Positions 40,599 through 55,599 of a stretch of DNA of 64,000 bases are shown piece by piece. The notes beneath the pieces are model-generated. The model did not search any database, was not told the DNA's origin, and saw only the letters and a program-made list of their open reading frames with translations. A program made the translations under genes and the position numbers. Each line of letters starts with the position of its first letter. The first letter of the stretch is position 1. The stretch comes from Octopus vulgaris (taxonomy: Eukaryota), in contig CATOCA020000001.1 of the NCBI GenBank assembly GCA_951406725.2, positions 7,812,001-7,876,000 on the forward strand, read 5' to 3'.

Positions 40599-41039
40599 TA
40601 TGAAGCTTTGTCAGTGAACAGGTCACGGTCGGAAAGTGAGGAAAAGATTTGAACAAATTCAATTGAAATGTTGCAGTGAATCTATCGGTTTTGGTGTGTT
40701 TCTTAAATCGCTTATAAACACCTTCCACGCTGCAATTGTTTTCGTTCCAGCACACGATCTCAGATCAAGTCACTTGCTATGCAAGTACATCTCCGTAATA
40801 TATATATATTTATATATATGTATATATATATATAGATACATATGAAGCTTTGTCAGTGAACAGGTCACGGTCGGAAAGTGAGGAAAAGATTTGAACAAAT
40901 TCAATTGAAATGTCGAAGTGAATCTAACGGTTTTTGTGTGTTTCTTAAATCGCTTATAAACACCTTCCACGCTGCAATTATTTTCGTTCCAGCACACGAT
41001 CTCAGATCAAGTCACTTGCTATGCAAGTACATCTCCGTA

Positions 41040-41091
<52 letters not shown>

Positions 41092-41287
41092 GAAGCTTTG
41101 TCAGTGAACAGGTTACGGTCGGAAAGTGAGGAAAAGATTTGAACAAATTCAATTGAAATGTCGAAGTGAATCTAACGGTTTTTGTGTGTTTCTTAAATCG
41201 CTTATAAACACCTTCCACGCTGCAATTGTTTTCGTTCCAGCACACGATCTCAGATCAAGTCACTTGCTATGCAAGTACATCTCCGTA

Positions 41288-41318
<31 letters not shown>

Positions 41319-41519
41319 CATATGAAGCTTTGTCAGTGAACAGGTCACGGTCGGAAAGTGAGGAAAAGATTTGAACAAATTCAATTGAAATGTTGAAGTG
41401 AATCTAACGGTTTTTGTGTGTTTCTTAAATCGCTTATAAACACCTTCCACGCTGCAATTGTTTTCGTTCCAGCACATGATCTCAGATCAAGTCACTTGCT
41501 ATGCAAGTACATCTCCGTA

Positions 41520-41550
<31 letters not shown>

Positions 41551-41753
41551 TACATATGAAGCTTTGTCAGTGAACAGGTCACGGTCGGAAAGTGAGGAAA
41601 AGATTTGAACAAATTCAATTGAAATGTTGCAGTGAATCTATCGGTTTTTGTGTGTTTCTTAAATCGCTTATAAACACCTTCCACGCTGCAATTGTTTTCG
41701 TTCCAGCCCACGATCTCAGATCAAGTCACTTGCTATGCAAGTACATCTCCGTA

Positions 41754-41803
<50 letters not shown>

Positions 41804-41999
41804 GAAGCTTTGTCAGTGAACAGGTTACGGTCGGAAAGTGAGGAAAAGATTTGAACAAATTCAATTGAAATGTTGAAGTGAATCTAACGGTTTTTGTGTG
41901 TTTCTTAAATCGCTTATAAACACCTTCCACGCTGCAATTGTTTTCGTTCCAGCACACGATCTCAGATCAAGTCACTTGCTATGCAAGTACATCTCCGTA

Positions 42000-42032
<33 letters not shown>

Positions 42033-42231
42033 CATATGAAGCTTTGTCAGTGAACAGGTCACGGTCGGAAAGTGAGGAAAAGATTTGAACAAATTCAATT
42101 GAAATGTCGAAGTGAATCTATCGGTTTTTGTGTGTTTCTTAAATCGCTTATAAACACCTTCCACGCTGCAATTGTTTTCGTTCCAGCACACGATCTCAGA
42201 TCAAGTCACTTGCTATGCAAGTACATCTCCG

Positions 42232-42281
<50 letters not shown>

Positions 42282-42477
42282 GAAGCTTTGTCAGTGAACA
42301 GGTCACGGTCGGAAAGTGAGGAAAAGATTTGAACAAATTCAATTGAAATGTTGAAGTGAATCTAACGGTTTTTGTGTGTTTCTTAAATCGCTTATAAACA
42401 CCTTCCACGCTGCAATTGTTTTCGTTCCAGCACACGATCTCAGATCAAGTCACTTGCTATGCAAGTACATCTCCGTA

Positions 42478-42508
<31 letters not shown>

Positions 42509-42709
42509 TACATATGAAGCTTTGTCAGTGAACAGGTCACGGTCGGAAAGTGAGGAAAAGATTTGAACAAATTCAATTGAAATGTTGCAGTGAATCTATC
42601 GGTTTTGGTGTGTTTCTTAAATCGCTTATAAACACCTTCCACGCTGCAATTGTTTTCGTTCCAGCCCACGATCTCAGATCAAGTCACTTGCTATGCAAGT
42701 ACATCTCCG

Positions 42710-42759
<50 letters not shown>

Positions 42760-42955
42760 GAAGCTTTGTCAGTGAACAGGTTACGGTCGGAAAGTGAGGA
42801 AAAGATTTGAACAAATTCAATTGAAATGTTGAAGTGAATCTAACGGTTTTTGTGTGTTTCTTAAATCGCTTATAAACACCTTCCACGCTGCAATTGTTTT
42901 CGTTCCAGCACACGATCTCAGATCAAGTCACTTGCTATGCAAGTACATCTCCGTA

Positions 42956-42988
<33 letters not shown>

Positions 42989-43431
42989 CATATGAAGCTT
43001 TGTCAGTGAACAGGTCACGGTCGGAAAGTGAGGAAAAGATTTGAACAAATTCAATTGAAATGTCGCAGTGAATCTATCGGTTTTTGTGTGTTTCTTAAAT
43101 CGCTTATAAACACCTTCCACGCTGCAATTGTTTTCGTTCCAGCACACGATCTCAGATCAAGTCACTTGCTATGCAAGTACATCTCCGTAATATATATATA
43201 TTTATATATATGTATATATATATATAGATACATATGAAGCTTTGTCAGTGAACAGGTCACGGTCGGAAAGTGAGGAAAAGATTTGAACAAATTCAATTGA
43301 AATGTCGAAGTGAATCTAACGGTTTTTGTGTGTTTCTTAAATCGCTTATAAACACCTTCCACGCTGCAATTATTTTCGTTCCAGCACACGATCTCAGATC
43401 AAGTCACTTGCTATGCAAGTACATCTCCGTA

Positions 43432-43464
<33 letters not shown>

Positions 43465-43590
43465 TATGAAGCTTTGTCAGTGAACAGGTCACGGTCGGAA
43501 AGTGACGAAAAGATTTGAACAAATTAAAATGAAATGTTGAAGTGAATCTAACGGTTTTTGTGGGTTTTTTTTAAATCGCTTATAAAATAT
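40150..43590 (+). repeat. Tandem array of family E, 15 units (13 complete) of 232-248 bp, opposite orientation to 33875-38228
   Basis: CATATGAAGCTTTGTCAGTGAACAGG recurs 14 times from ~40365 to ~43463; length variation lies in the (TA)n spacer. Confidence 0.95.
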
Positions 43591-43666
43591 AGTACATATG
43601 TTGTGTAATGTCTGTAGTACATAGTTTATGATGTATTTAGTATTTCCAAACAAGAATATTATTGAC

Positions 43667-43709
<43 letters not shown>

Positions 43710-43713
<4 letters not shown>

Positions 43714-44135
43714 GTTTGTATGTCTGTTTATCCCCCCAACACCGCTTGACAACCGGTGCTGGTGTGTTCATGTCCCCGTAACTTAGCGTTTCGTCAAAAG
43801 AGAAAATAGATTAAATACTAGGCCTACAAAAAATAAGTATTGGGTTCGAATTTCGCGAATAAAGGCGCTGCTGCGGCATGGAATATATATATATATATGT
43901 ATATATATATACATATATATATATGTGTGTGTGTGTGTGTTTGTAATGTCTGTTTATTTCTCGAACATCGTTGGACAACGGGTGCTGGTGTGTACGATTC
44001 CCCGAACTTAGCGGTTCGGGAAAAGGGACCGATAGTTTAAATACTAGGCCTACAAAGTATAAGTCCTGGGGTCGATTTGCACGAATAAAGGCATTGCTCC
44101 ACCATGGCCGCAGTCAAATAATTGAAAAATTAAGT
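43710..44135 (+). mobile_element. Two diverged 3' bodies of SINE family A
   Basis: GCTTGACAACCGGTGCTGGTGTG...GGCCGCAGTCAAATAATTGAAA. Confidence 0.7.
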
Positions 44136-44609
44136 GTGTAAAATAGAAAATAACCAGAAAAGTTTATATTCTTTTAACTACATCAGTAAGGGAGATAACT
44201 GAAAATCAACTTTTAGAGTTACTTCCCTTGACATATTGATAAAAGACATGACAGTTTAAGATGTAGGCGCGTTTGTTTTTGATGCGAAGGGCACACTTGC
44301 ATTCGCGCAGGAAGATACAAACATACGCATGCAAATTTTCTGCTGTTCACTTTAACAAATAAACATTATAATTTACATTTAATTACACCCGAAAACTATG
44401 TAAAGTACTCACCATATCTAGTACTACCCTTTGGACATGATCAGGTTTTCTTTTGTTTTAGATAGTATATATGCGTATGTGGGTATATACACGTGTATAT
44501 GTATGAATGCATGTATTTCTGTATATAAATATATATATATATATATATATGTATTTATATATATATTCATAAATTTATAATTTTATATATATATATGTAG
44601 GTATATACC

Positions 44610-44662
<53 letters not shown>

Positions 44663-44664
<2 letters not shown>

Positions 44665-47650
44665 TCAAAAATGGAAGATAAAATTCCTGGAGGACTGGAT
44701 CGATGCCCATCCAAACCACATCCCTTTCTTCGTCCTCACTGAAACCCATCTTAGTGACCTCCACTTGGAAGCCGAGGTGAAAGTTAAAAATTTCAAAGCC
44801 ATTCGTGCTGATCGTGCTGGCAGAAGAAAGGGTGGGACTGCCATTTATGTTCATGATTCATTCTCAACAGAAGCTATGAACATATTTTCCAATGGATACT
44901 GCGAAGCAGTCGCTATATTCAGTCAAACCAACAACTTAACAGTAGTTGGGCTCTACAGACCACCCCAAACGCCCCTACCATGCTTCAAGGAATGCCTCAA
45001 CAACATAAAGTGTTTCATTCAGCAGTGTCAACCTGACAACATTTTAATGACGGGAGACTTCAACCTTCCCGGGGTTGACTGGTCTACAAACAGTCTGCCG
45101 CCAGGTTCTTCTCTCTCAACCCCTGACAGGGAGGCAGTGGAATCGCTTCTTGACTTCATGGATGATTTCTTCCTGTCCCAACTGGTGCTCGAACCAACGA
45201 GATGTCACAAAAACGTCTTAGACTTAATTTTCAGCAATCACACTGATACTATCCACAATATTGCAGTGGAGAAAACTTTACTCTCCGACCATGACATGGT
45301 TCTCTGTGATCTGAGATTTCACCGGCCAAAATGCAAAACAAATGTCATCCCTCCTGTTCATCCATTTGACACTATGGATTTCCACAATGCAAACTGGGAA
45401 GCGATCAATAATGATCTTGCACAAGTCGATTGGTCCTTCACGCACACATACACACCCACTAACATCAAAAAGTCCTGGCAGTCATTTGTAGACACCATTA
45501 CGAACATATGTGCAAACCACACCCCATTAAGATCTGCAAACAAATCTAAGTGTCGAATCCCTAGAAATAGAAAATATCTCATCAGGAAAATTAAAAGAAT
45601 TAACAAAAAAATCAACGAGCTGAAATACTGTCAACAGCAACACACCAACCTGACTGCCATCTCGTCGCTAGAGATTAAAAAACATAAACTCCAAAACAAC
45701 ATTATGTCTATCATCAATAGTCAGAGAAGAGCTGAAGAGGCCTGGGCCATTGAGAAGATCAAACTCAATCCCAAAGTATTCTTTTCATTTGCAAAAAAAC
45801 ACAGAGTCACTGGTTCTACTGTTGGCCCTCTGATTGATGAAAATGGTACTCTTCAAGACAATGCCAAAACCATGGGAGAGATATTGCAGAAACAATATTG
45901 CTCTGTTTTCAGCAATCCTGATATGACTGATCTGGTCTGTATCAGTGATGTTACTCCCCAATACACTTTATCGGACATAACCTTTGGTGCTACTGATGTC
46001 TTAGCAGCAATAAAGGAAATGAAGCATAAATCAGCAGTAGGTCCCGATAGGTTCCCTGCTTGTGTCTTGAAGATGTGTCAACACCAACTTGCACCCACTC
46101 GAGCCAATCTGTGGCGGAACTCACTGGATGCTGGATATATACCAGAAGACCTATCCCAGTTTGTATTCCCAGTTTTCAAAAAAGGAAACAAATCGCTTGC
46201 CGTGAATTACCGTCCAATCTCACTCACCTCTCATATCATTATGGTATTTGAGAGAGTGCTGAGATCGCGTATGACTCACTTCCTTGAGAGTCATGATATG
46301 CTGAACTCCAACCAGCATGGATTCCGTAATGGAAGGGATTGCCTGACGCAGCTACTGCATCATTTTGATGACGTTTTGAGAGCCTTGGGAGAGGGTTCCA
46401 ACACTGATGTCATCTACCTTGATTTCAGCAAGGCCTTTGACAGGGTTGATCATAAGATCCTTTTGAGAAAGCTGTCTAATATTGGTGTCACTGGAAAGCT
46501 GCTACAGTGGATCAAGTGCTTCCTGTCTAACAGAACCCAACATGTTGTAGTCGAAGGAGTCAAATCCAGCCCAGCCAAAGTCAGCAGTGGTGTCCCACAA
46601 GGCACTGTGTTGGGCCCACTTCTCTTCATCATCTACATTAATGATATTACTGACACCATCAAACACATAACATCAGAACTTTCGCTGATGATTCCAAGCT
46701 CCAGAAGGTCATCAATGGCGTGGATGACCGAATAAGCCTTCAGTCAGACCTACTGGCTGTTGTCCAATGGGCGGAAAAGAATAACATGTGCTAAACGAAG
46801 ACAAATTCGAACTGATCCACTTTGGAAGGGAGGACGCTCTAAAACTCCCATACTCCCTTCCTTCTGGAGAAATTATCATGGCGTCCAACAACATCAGAGA
46901 TTTGGGAGTAACAGTGGACAACAACATAAGCTGGGCTACACATATAAGCAGCAAAGTTGATATGGCCCGCAGAATGTGTTCCTGGATTCTCAGAACCTTC
47001 CAGTCGAGAGATTCCCACACCATTATCCTTCTCTTCTTCACTTTTGCCCGACCCCCACCTTGAATACTGTTGTCCACTGTGGTCTCCCTACACGAAACAA
47101 AATATTATGAGAATTGAAGCTCCCCAAAGGTCAATCACAAAAAAGATAGATGGCATGTCAGACCTTGACTACTGGGGTAGACTAGAGAAGCTGAAACTGT
47201 TTTCACTCCAACGACGCCGTGAACGCTACATTATCTGTATGATGTGGAAAATATTCCATCAGCACTGTCCGAATGATGTTGGCATCACCTTCAAAATACA
47301 TCCAAGGCTTGGACCACGTGCCATCCGTCCACAACAAAAATCTAAATCGCATCTCATAACAACAATACGGCACAATTATTTCATCTCAATTGGAACCGCT
47401 CTCTTCAACATTACACCAGGACACGTCAAAACAGAAACTGACCACACAAAATTCAAGAAGTCTTTGGACAAATTCCTTCAAACAGTCCCGGACAAACCAT
47501 CCACACGAAGATATGTCTCCGCAAACAATAACTGTCTGCTCGAATGGGCCTTGGTGCCCAAATCCTGAAGTGAAAGACTTCGCCAGGTGGTGCTATTAAG
47601 TTAGACATGGCCTGGGCCAATACTGGCCAAAACCTTTCTAAGTTATTCTA
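44663..47650 (+). mobile_element. CR1-group LINE, 5'-truncated ORF2 (EN plus RT) with several frameshifts
   Basis: LTETHL, YRPP, GDFN, LDLIF, SDH, NYRPISLTS, YLDFSKAFD, GVPQGTVLGP; FADD is reached only after a shift near 46670; further shifts near 46790 and 47050; (TA)n on both sides. Confidence 0.9.
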
Positions 47651-47651
47651 A

Positions 47652-47660
47652 TTATATAAT

Positions 47661-47708
<48 letters not shown>

Positions 47709-47815
47709 GTATGTATATATGTATGTATATATGTATGTATATATGTATGTATGTATATATCTATATATATCTATATATATATGCATGCATATAACTATGT
47801 ATATATGTATGTATA

Positions 47816-47864
<49 letters not shown>

Positions 47865-48112
47865 GTATGTATATATGTATGTATATATGTATTTATGTAT
47901 ATATGTATGTATGTATATATATATATCTATATATATATACATGCATATAACTATATATATATATATATATATATATACATACATACATGTATATATTTAT
48001 GTATATATGTATATATTTATGTATATATACATGTATGTATATATATATATATATATATACATGTATATATATATTTGTATGTATGAGTATAAGCGTATGT
48101 ATGAGTATGTAT
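47652..48112 (+). repeat. (TA)n/(TATG)n tract with an internal ~152-bp duplication
   Basis: Directly visible; ACACATGTATG...GCATATAACT occurs twice. Confidence 0.9.
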
Positions 48113-49581
48113 GAGAAGGAGAAATTTTTTTTCAAGAATATTGTTTACTTTAATATTTGTGTCTTTGTGAAATAGATGTTGGTTGGATTATGTTCTTCGT
48201 TATCTTTGTATTAATGGCGGGGAGAAGGATGGCGTTCCAGTGTCTTTTGTTTATTTTAACTCATAAAATTATGTGTAATTAAAATTACTTCATCAGTAAA
48301 TGAAGGATTTAAAAATATCCTTCCTTCCCCCCATCCCCATCCACTCTAATACTCCAATATAAATATCTTTTATAGGTAATTCCAGCCTGAAGAATTCAAT
48401 ATGTTATATAATAATAATAATAATAATGATTTTAGTCAGTTGTCTGTTTGCTCAACAATATCAAAAATATGTTTGGGAAATTATTGGCAGATACATTCGT
48501 TTGCTTCCTGGAAAACTGAAAATTGAGAATAATTTTTTAGCCTGAAGAGAAGGTGTGGAAGGATGAGCGGGAGGAGAGGTGGTGGTCATGGGGAAGACTC
48601 TTGTAAAGGATTATTCCTGTTGAAATTAAGTAATGAGATTATTAACTGAAAATATGTAAACTTGTCTTGTTCAATTATCAATGTCCCTTAAGTGTTGCAT
48701 TATCTACACAAGTGCAATCTCTGAAATAATTTGAAAACAGCTAAATTGAATTGAGAAGAAATAATTAAATTAAAAACAGAATACATTGATAATGCTTGTT
48801 CTTTTCTGAAGAATTATATTTGACAGAAGGAATTACACAATGTTGTTGTTTTTAACAATGCTGTTCAAATATTTGCTTTTAAATTTCTCATTTTTATATT
48901 AAAAAATATATAACACTGCTCCTAATGAAAACTGTTTTTCTTTTCTTTTTATCTTGTTTTAAATTTTTAAATTTAAAAATCAAACAAAATGTATTAAGGG
49001 GGTAAAACGTAGTGACTTCATGCAAAATTTTAATATGAAACAAATTCACAAACTGGAATAAAAACAAAAAAAATTATCATACTTCAAATAAACTTGCAGA
49101 CATAAGTCCATTAAAGGCATCATTATGAAAACATATTCAAAATTTGGTTATTAATAACCAAATAGTAGAAACCGATTGACAAGATGAGACATTTCAAATA
49201 GATTTTTTATAATGAACTGCTGTCAAATGTAAATAAAGGAAATGTTAACACAGGAGATAATGACTGCGAACGATCTGCTAATTAAATGCAATTAGCAACA
49301 TGGGTGATGGTTTAATTAGCAACACTCACTGGTAAAGAAAAACAGGGATTACCTCCCCTTGCCTTTCAACTCCATCCAAGCATGTTCCATGCATTAAATA
49401 CCTGCCAGTTGTTACTTGGGGATTCGACAGGATTGTTAGCGGATTGCTTAGAATGTATTGAAGTAGTCATTCTGGCATTCTGTGCCCTGAGTTCAAATCC
49501 CATCAACGTCAACTTTGCTTTTTCATTCTTTCAATACAACATCAGGTACTGAAAGGAATACATCATTATATTTTGCACTCT

Positions 49582-49644
<63 letters not shown>

Positions 49645-50625
49645 CTTTTGAAAGATTTCCACTGTGGTTTGACAGAGAGAGGGGTTAGCTACATCATGTT
49701 TAAAATACCCAAATATGAGTGTGAGGAAGGCGTCCTTATGATTCTGACAACATATGATGACTGAAGACAGGGAATGGATATGAATAGACCCCCTCATCAA
49801 TAGATATACCCAATACTCAATCCTATTGAACAACCACAGTTATCTGTGGTAGTAGTAAGTACATCAGATAAAAATGCTATCTGATGCGTCTACTGAAAAT
49901 CTAAGCAGGGTCCTGTCAAACTGTTCCTGTCTATTTATTTGCACAAGCTAATAATGAACCAATGAGAGATCGTGTATGTGGTGGTTAGGTCTGTTAGATG
50001 TAGCAGCCACATCTGCCTCGTATCTTAAAACAAGGACATGTGAACTCACATGGTTATATGGTCATTGCAAATAGGAAAAAGACAGGATGGTCACAGCTAG
50101 AATGCTTTTGATCTCAGGCCTGCGCAGTCAGGGTTGACCAAGGGCTAAACAGCACATTTTATTATTAGTATTGTTGTTGTTATTGTTGTTAAGGTGACGG
50201 AAATGTGAGCACATCAGGCAAAACGCTTAGTAGCATTTCTTCTGACTTTACATTCCAAATTCTGATTACCATGAAGCTGACTTTGCCTTTCATCCTGTTA
50301 GGGTCAGTAAAATAGGTACCAGTTGAGTACTGGGGTTGATTAATGGACTATATATTCCACTTTACCAAAATTGTTTTTATCTTCATCATCATCATCATTA
50401 TCATCATCATTATCATTATGGCGGCAAGTTGGCAGAAACATTAGCACATTGGACAAAATGCTTAGCAGCATTTTATTCACCTTTATGTTCTGAGTTCAAA
50501 TTCCACCAAGGTAGACTTTGACTTTCATCCTTTCAGGGTCAATAAATTAACTATCAGTGAAACACTGGGGTCATTGTAATTGACTAATCATCCTTCCCCA
50601 AATTTCAGGCCTTCTGCCTTTATAA

Positions 50626-51810
<1,185 letters not shown>

Positions 51811-54184
51811 GGCAGCGGTGTACTGGAACTGGCAGCAAAACGGGAGCATTCCCGGTTTTGTGAGCCGAGGAGCAGTAACACTGCTGAAGAAAGATCTAAA
51901 CAAGGGAAATGTAATAGATAACTTTAGGCCCATCACTCTGCTTAATGCAGACTTGAAGATTTTGGCCAAGGTGTTAGCCAAGAGGTTGGCGCTTGTCATC
52001 GAAAAACTGGTTGACAAGGCGCAAACGTGCACCGTGCCGGACCGGATCATCCATGACAACCTCCACCTGATGCGCTACATCATAGACAGGGTAGTTAACG
52101 AACCTGGCATGGGTGGGGCGCTGATCAATCGAAAGCTTTCGATAGGGTAGACCATCGATACTTGGAGGCAGTCCTCAGAGCGGCTGGCTTCGGTCCCGTC
52201 TTCCGCGGCTGGATAGCCACTTTGTACAGAGGCATCCGTTCGGTAGTTCGCGTAAATGGACATCTATCGAGACCTTTCGACATCGCACGTTCGGTTCGTC
52301 AGGGATGCCCCCTCTCGTCGCTTCTATACGTATTGACTCTCGAGCCACTATTGCGGAAGCTGGCAACTCTGAGGGGCATCCCGTGAGAACTGGGATGCGG
52401 GACGAGCGTGTCTGCATACGCGGACGACGTCACCGTCATAGTGTCTAGCCACGAGCACATCGAGCAGGTCGGCGAGACACTGAAAAACTACGAAGCAGTG
52501 ACAGGAGCAAAAATCAACCGGGAAAAGTCAGTGGGCTTGCGACTAGGCACCTGGAGAAGCAAACCCATGCCGTCCACCAGCGCCTCCGTTGTGGGACGCT
52601 GGACCGACGGTCCGGTCGAGTTGCTCGGGGTCTGGTTCAGTCCGGACCTCCAAATGGAGAAGAACTGGAACGAGATAACGAGTAGGGTGGTCACTCTCGC
52701 CCAGCAATGGGCCGAGAGGAAACTGTCCCTAAAAGGTCGGGCGGAGGTGGCGAACACGTACATCGCGTCCATCATCTACTACCGCCTGACCGTCGTGCCT
52801 TGTTCCGACCCTACCGTCACCAAACTAGAACGTATTCTCTTTCGTTTCTTGTGGAAAGGATGCGTCCCGATGGTCAGACGATTCATTTGCTGCCAACTCC
52901 CGTTAAAAGGAGGGCTGGGCATGCCGTGGTTGATGATGCGCAGACATGCGCTGAGACTGCGACATCTCAGGCTCTTCGTAGACGACGGTGAACAGGTGTG
53001 GTCACCGTTTGTGAGGCACGCGTTCCCGCAGCTCGTCTCCATGACCGAAATGCAATCGTAGATCAAAAAGAGGCCGAGGAAGGGCGAATGGCATCGCGAG
53101 TGTCGCGTTGCTCTCAAGCAACTCTGCCGTCTTGGGTCAACCTTGAGTGACTCCATCACAACCAAAGCATTCTATAGGGGATTAGTGGAGGGGAGGTACG
53201 ACGATGAGCTCGGGGCGAACCTGGACGTCGACGAGGAATACCTGACCCGCCTGTTCGGGACTACTTTCGGGCCAGGGCCCATGGACAACTTCCAGAGATC
53301 CCTGGCCTGGCAGTGCTACCGAGAAGCGCTACCCGTTCGGGATAAGCTCTACAGACACGGCTCGAGAAACACGGGGCCGACCTGCCCGAGATGCGGTCAG
53401 AGCGACGAAACCGTTCTGCACGCACTCGTGCAGTGTCCAACAATTTCCGACCTGTGGGCTTATGTCGAACAACTGCTGTTACGTGTGGGACGAGTTGGTT
53501 TATCAGCTGAGTCTATTGTCAATATTGTCACGCCTCCTTCCTTCAAACGGGAAGGAAGAGCTATTTTCATCATCCTTGTGACTATGGCGAAAGAATGTAT
53601 CTGGTGGACGCGTCTGAAAGGATTGGAGAGAAACACTTTCCTCTCTGGTCAATCTCTCATCAACTTCTTCAAGTATCACTTGAAGAGGAAAGTGAGAGTA
53701 GAGAGGCAAGTTTTGTCTAGCGAATGTTCTAAAAAAAGATGGGTGAATGTAGAAAGGATGGCACGTATGAATGACGAAGCCACCTTGAGCATAATCCTAT
53801 GAACCCAGAAATTGAAAACAGAGGATTACCCACTTGCAAACAAATGTGGTAACATATAACAATATTGACCGAGGTTACCGTTGTCTTTTTCCTAGGCTTT
53901 TCTTCCCACGGATAAACCTTATCTGCCTCCCCCTTTACACCGTACATCATGACACTGTGATACACGATCCCTATTGATCGTTTATGTTCCTCTTCCTCTT
54001 TTTCTTCTTCTTTCTTTTTTCTTTTCTTTTGTTTCTTTTCCCTTTTTTTCTTTTTTTCTTTTCTCCCTTTTACGATCCCATTTGATCGAAAACCTACGCC
54101 ACTTTTTTTTCATCCCCCAAAAGAAAAGCTCTGCCTTGTAATTTGTCCCATCTGTGTGCAGCCCTGTGTGGCTAATAAAGAAAC
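51811..54184 (+). mobile_element. 5'-truncated Tx1/L1-clade LINE, copy 2 (defective)
   Basis: [42 protein letters not shown]...H...C; stops at ~52384 and 53059; same 3' end AATAAAGAAAC followed by (TCTA)n. Confidence 0.9.
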
Positions 54185-54239
<55 letters not shown>

Positions 54240-54344
54240 CGTCTATTGATGTCTCTCTCTCCGTCTCAGTCCTCTCTCTCCCTCTCTCTCTCTCTCTCTT
54301 TTCTCCCTTATTATATATATGTCGCTATATAACTCCGGCTTAAT

Positions 54345-54572
54345 TGTTTATTGCTCACAAGGGGCTAAACATAGAGGGGACAAACAAGGACAGACAAACG
54401 GATTAAGTCGATTTCATCGACCCCAGTGCGTAACTAGTACTTAATTTATCGACCCCGAAAGGATGAAAGGCAAAGTCGACCTCGCTGGAATTTGAACTCA
54501 GAACGTAACGGCGGACGAAATGCCACAAAACATTTGGTCCGGCGTGCTAACGTTTCTGCCAGCTCGCCGCCT
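54345..54572 (-). mobile_element. Full-length SINE family B copy
   Basis: Same sequence as 8760-8988. Confidence 0.8.
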
Positions 54573-55599
54573 TCTTATTGATTCTCTTACCTCACACACT
54601 GTTTTCCTCACATCCGCTTTCTCCTCTCTCTCTCTCTCTCTCTCTCCTACCTCTCTCCCTCTCTCTCTCTCTCTATTCCTCGCATCTACATCATATATTC
54701 GAGTTATCCCTCTTTCTCTCCTTTCTCTCACCATCTCGTTACACATTCATTTCAATCTCTCCACCTCCCTTGCTACATCACTTACCTTATCCTCTCCCTC
54801 ACTTGCCGCAACTCTGTCTCATACTCACCCCCTCTCTTTCTCTGTTACCCCCATGCATTAACGTATCACACCCCGCCCTCTCCCTTTTCCCACTCCCCCC
54901 ACCGCATTATACATTACCCTTTCCCTCTTCCTTTAATTTTATTTCTCAGACGCCTCTGTCCTAATAAATTATATTTTCAGATTTGCCTTAAAATTGTTTT
55001 CTTGTTTACGTTGATTACTAACTAATTAATTATTTAATTAATTTAATGAAAATAGTTCAGTCATTGAAGGACAATTTAAGAAACCTTTATTAAAAGAATT
55101 GTCTTATAGAGGACTTCACATCATGCTAGAAATAACTGTCAAGTGCACAGAAATTTGTGTTCTTTTTCATAGAGAACTGAAAGGTCTTAAAGAATCATAA
55201 ATCTGCCCCCGTCAAAGTGGTCAGTATTGATGCTGAAAACACAAACCAAGGGACTTCAAATTCCCTTTGTTTATCCTTTTTTATGTATGTAAGTGAAGGA
55301 TAACTTCAGAAAACTTTATGAAACAATCTGACCCCTATATTGTCTCGCATCATTCAAGAAAGACCAACGATGCTTCGTATTGTTCTACAGGTGGTCCGGT
55401 ATCTTGCTAGAAATAATAGCTCATTGTATTATTTTCATGCACGACTGAAGGATACTTTAAAAAGCATCTGGAGAAATATTGTCCATCTGGTGGTCTTACG
55501 TGATGCTAGAAATAACAGCCACGTACGCTAAAATTTTGTATTGTTTTCCTATAAGAAATAAGGACACTTAAAAAACCCTCACACACACACACACATATC

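Noticed and set aside
40150-43590. CRISPR-like regular array and repeated 70-aa ORFs (MCWNENNCSVEG...)
   Set aside because: Units are ~200 bp with only (TA)n spacers, there are no cas genes and the context is eukaryotic. The ORFs start at GTG and run into microsatellite.
48100-49500. AT-rich unique sequence as DCLK last exon or 3' UTR (for example TTTTATAG|GTAATTCCAGCCTGA near 48375)
   Set aside because: No recognisable homology; such acceptor-like sites are common by chance.
49755-49800. CTGAAGA as a further hammerhead core
   Set aside because: No helix II followed by GAAA and a UH site could be built.
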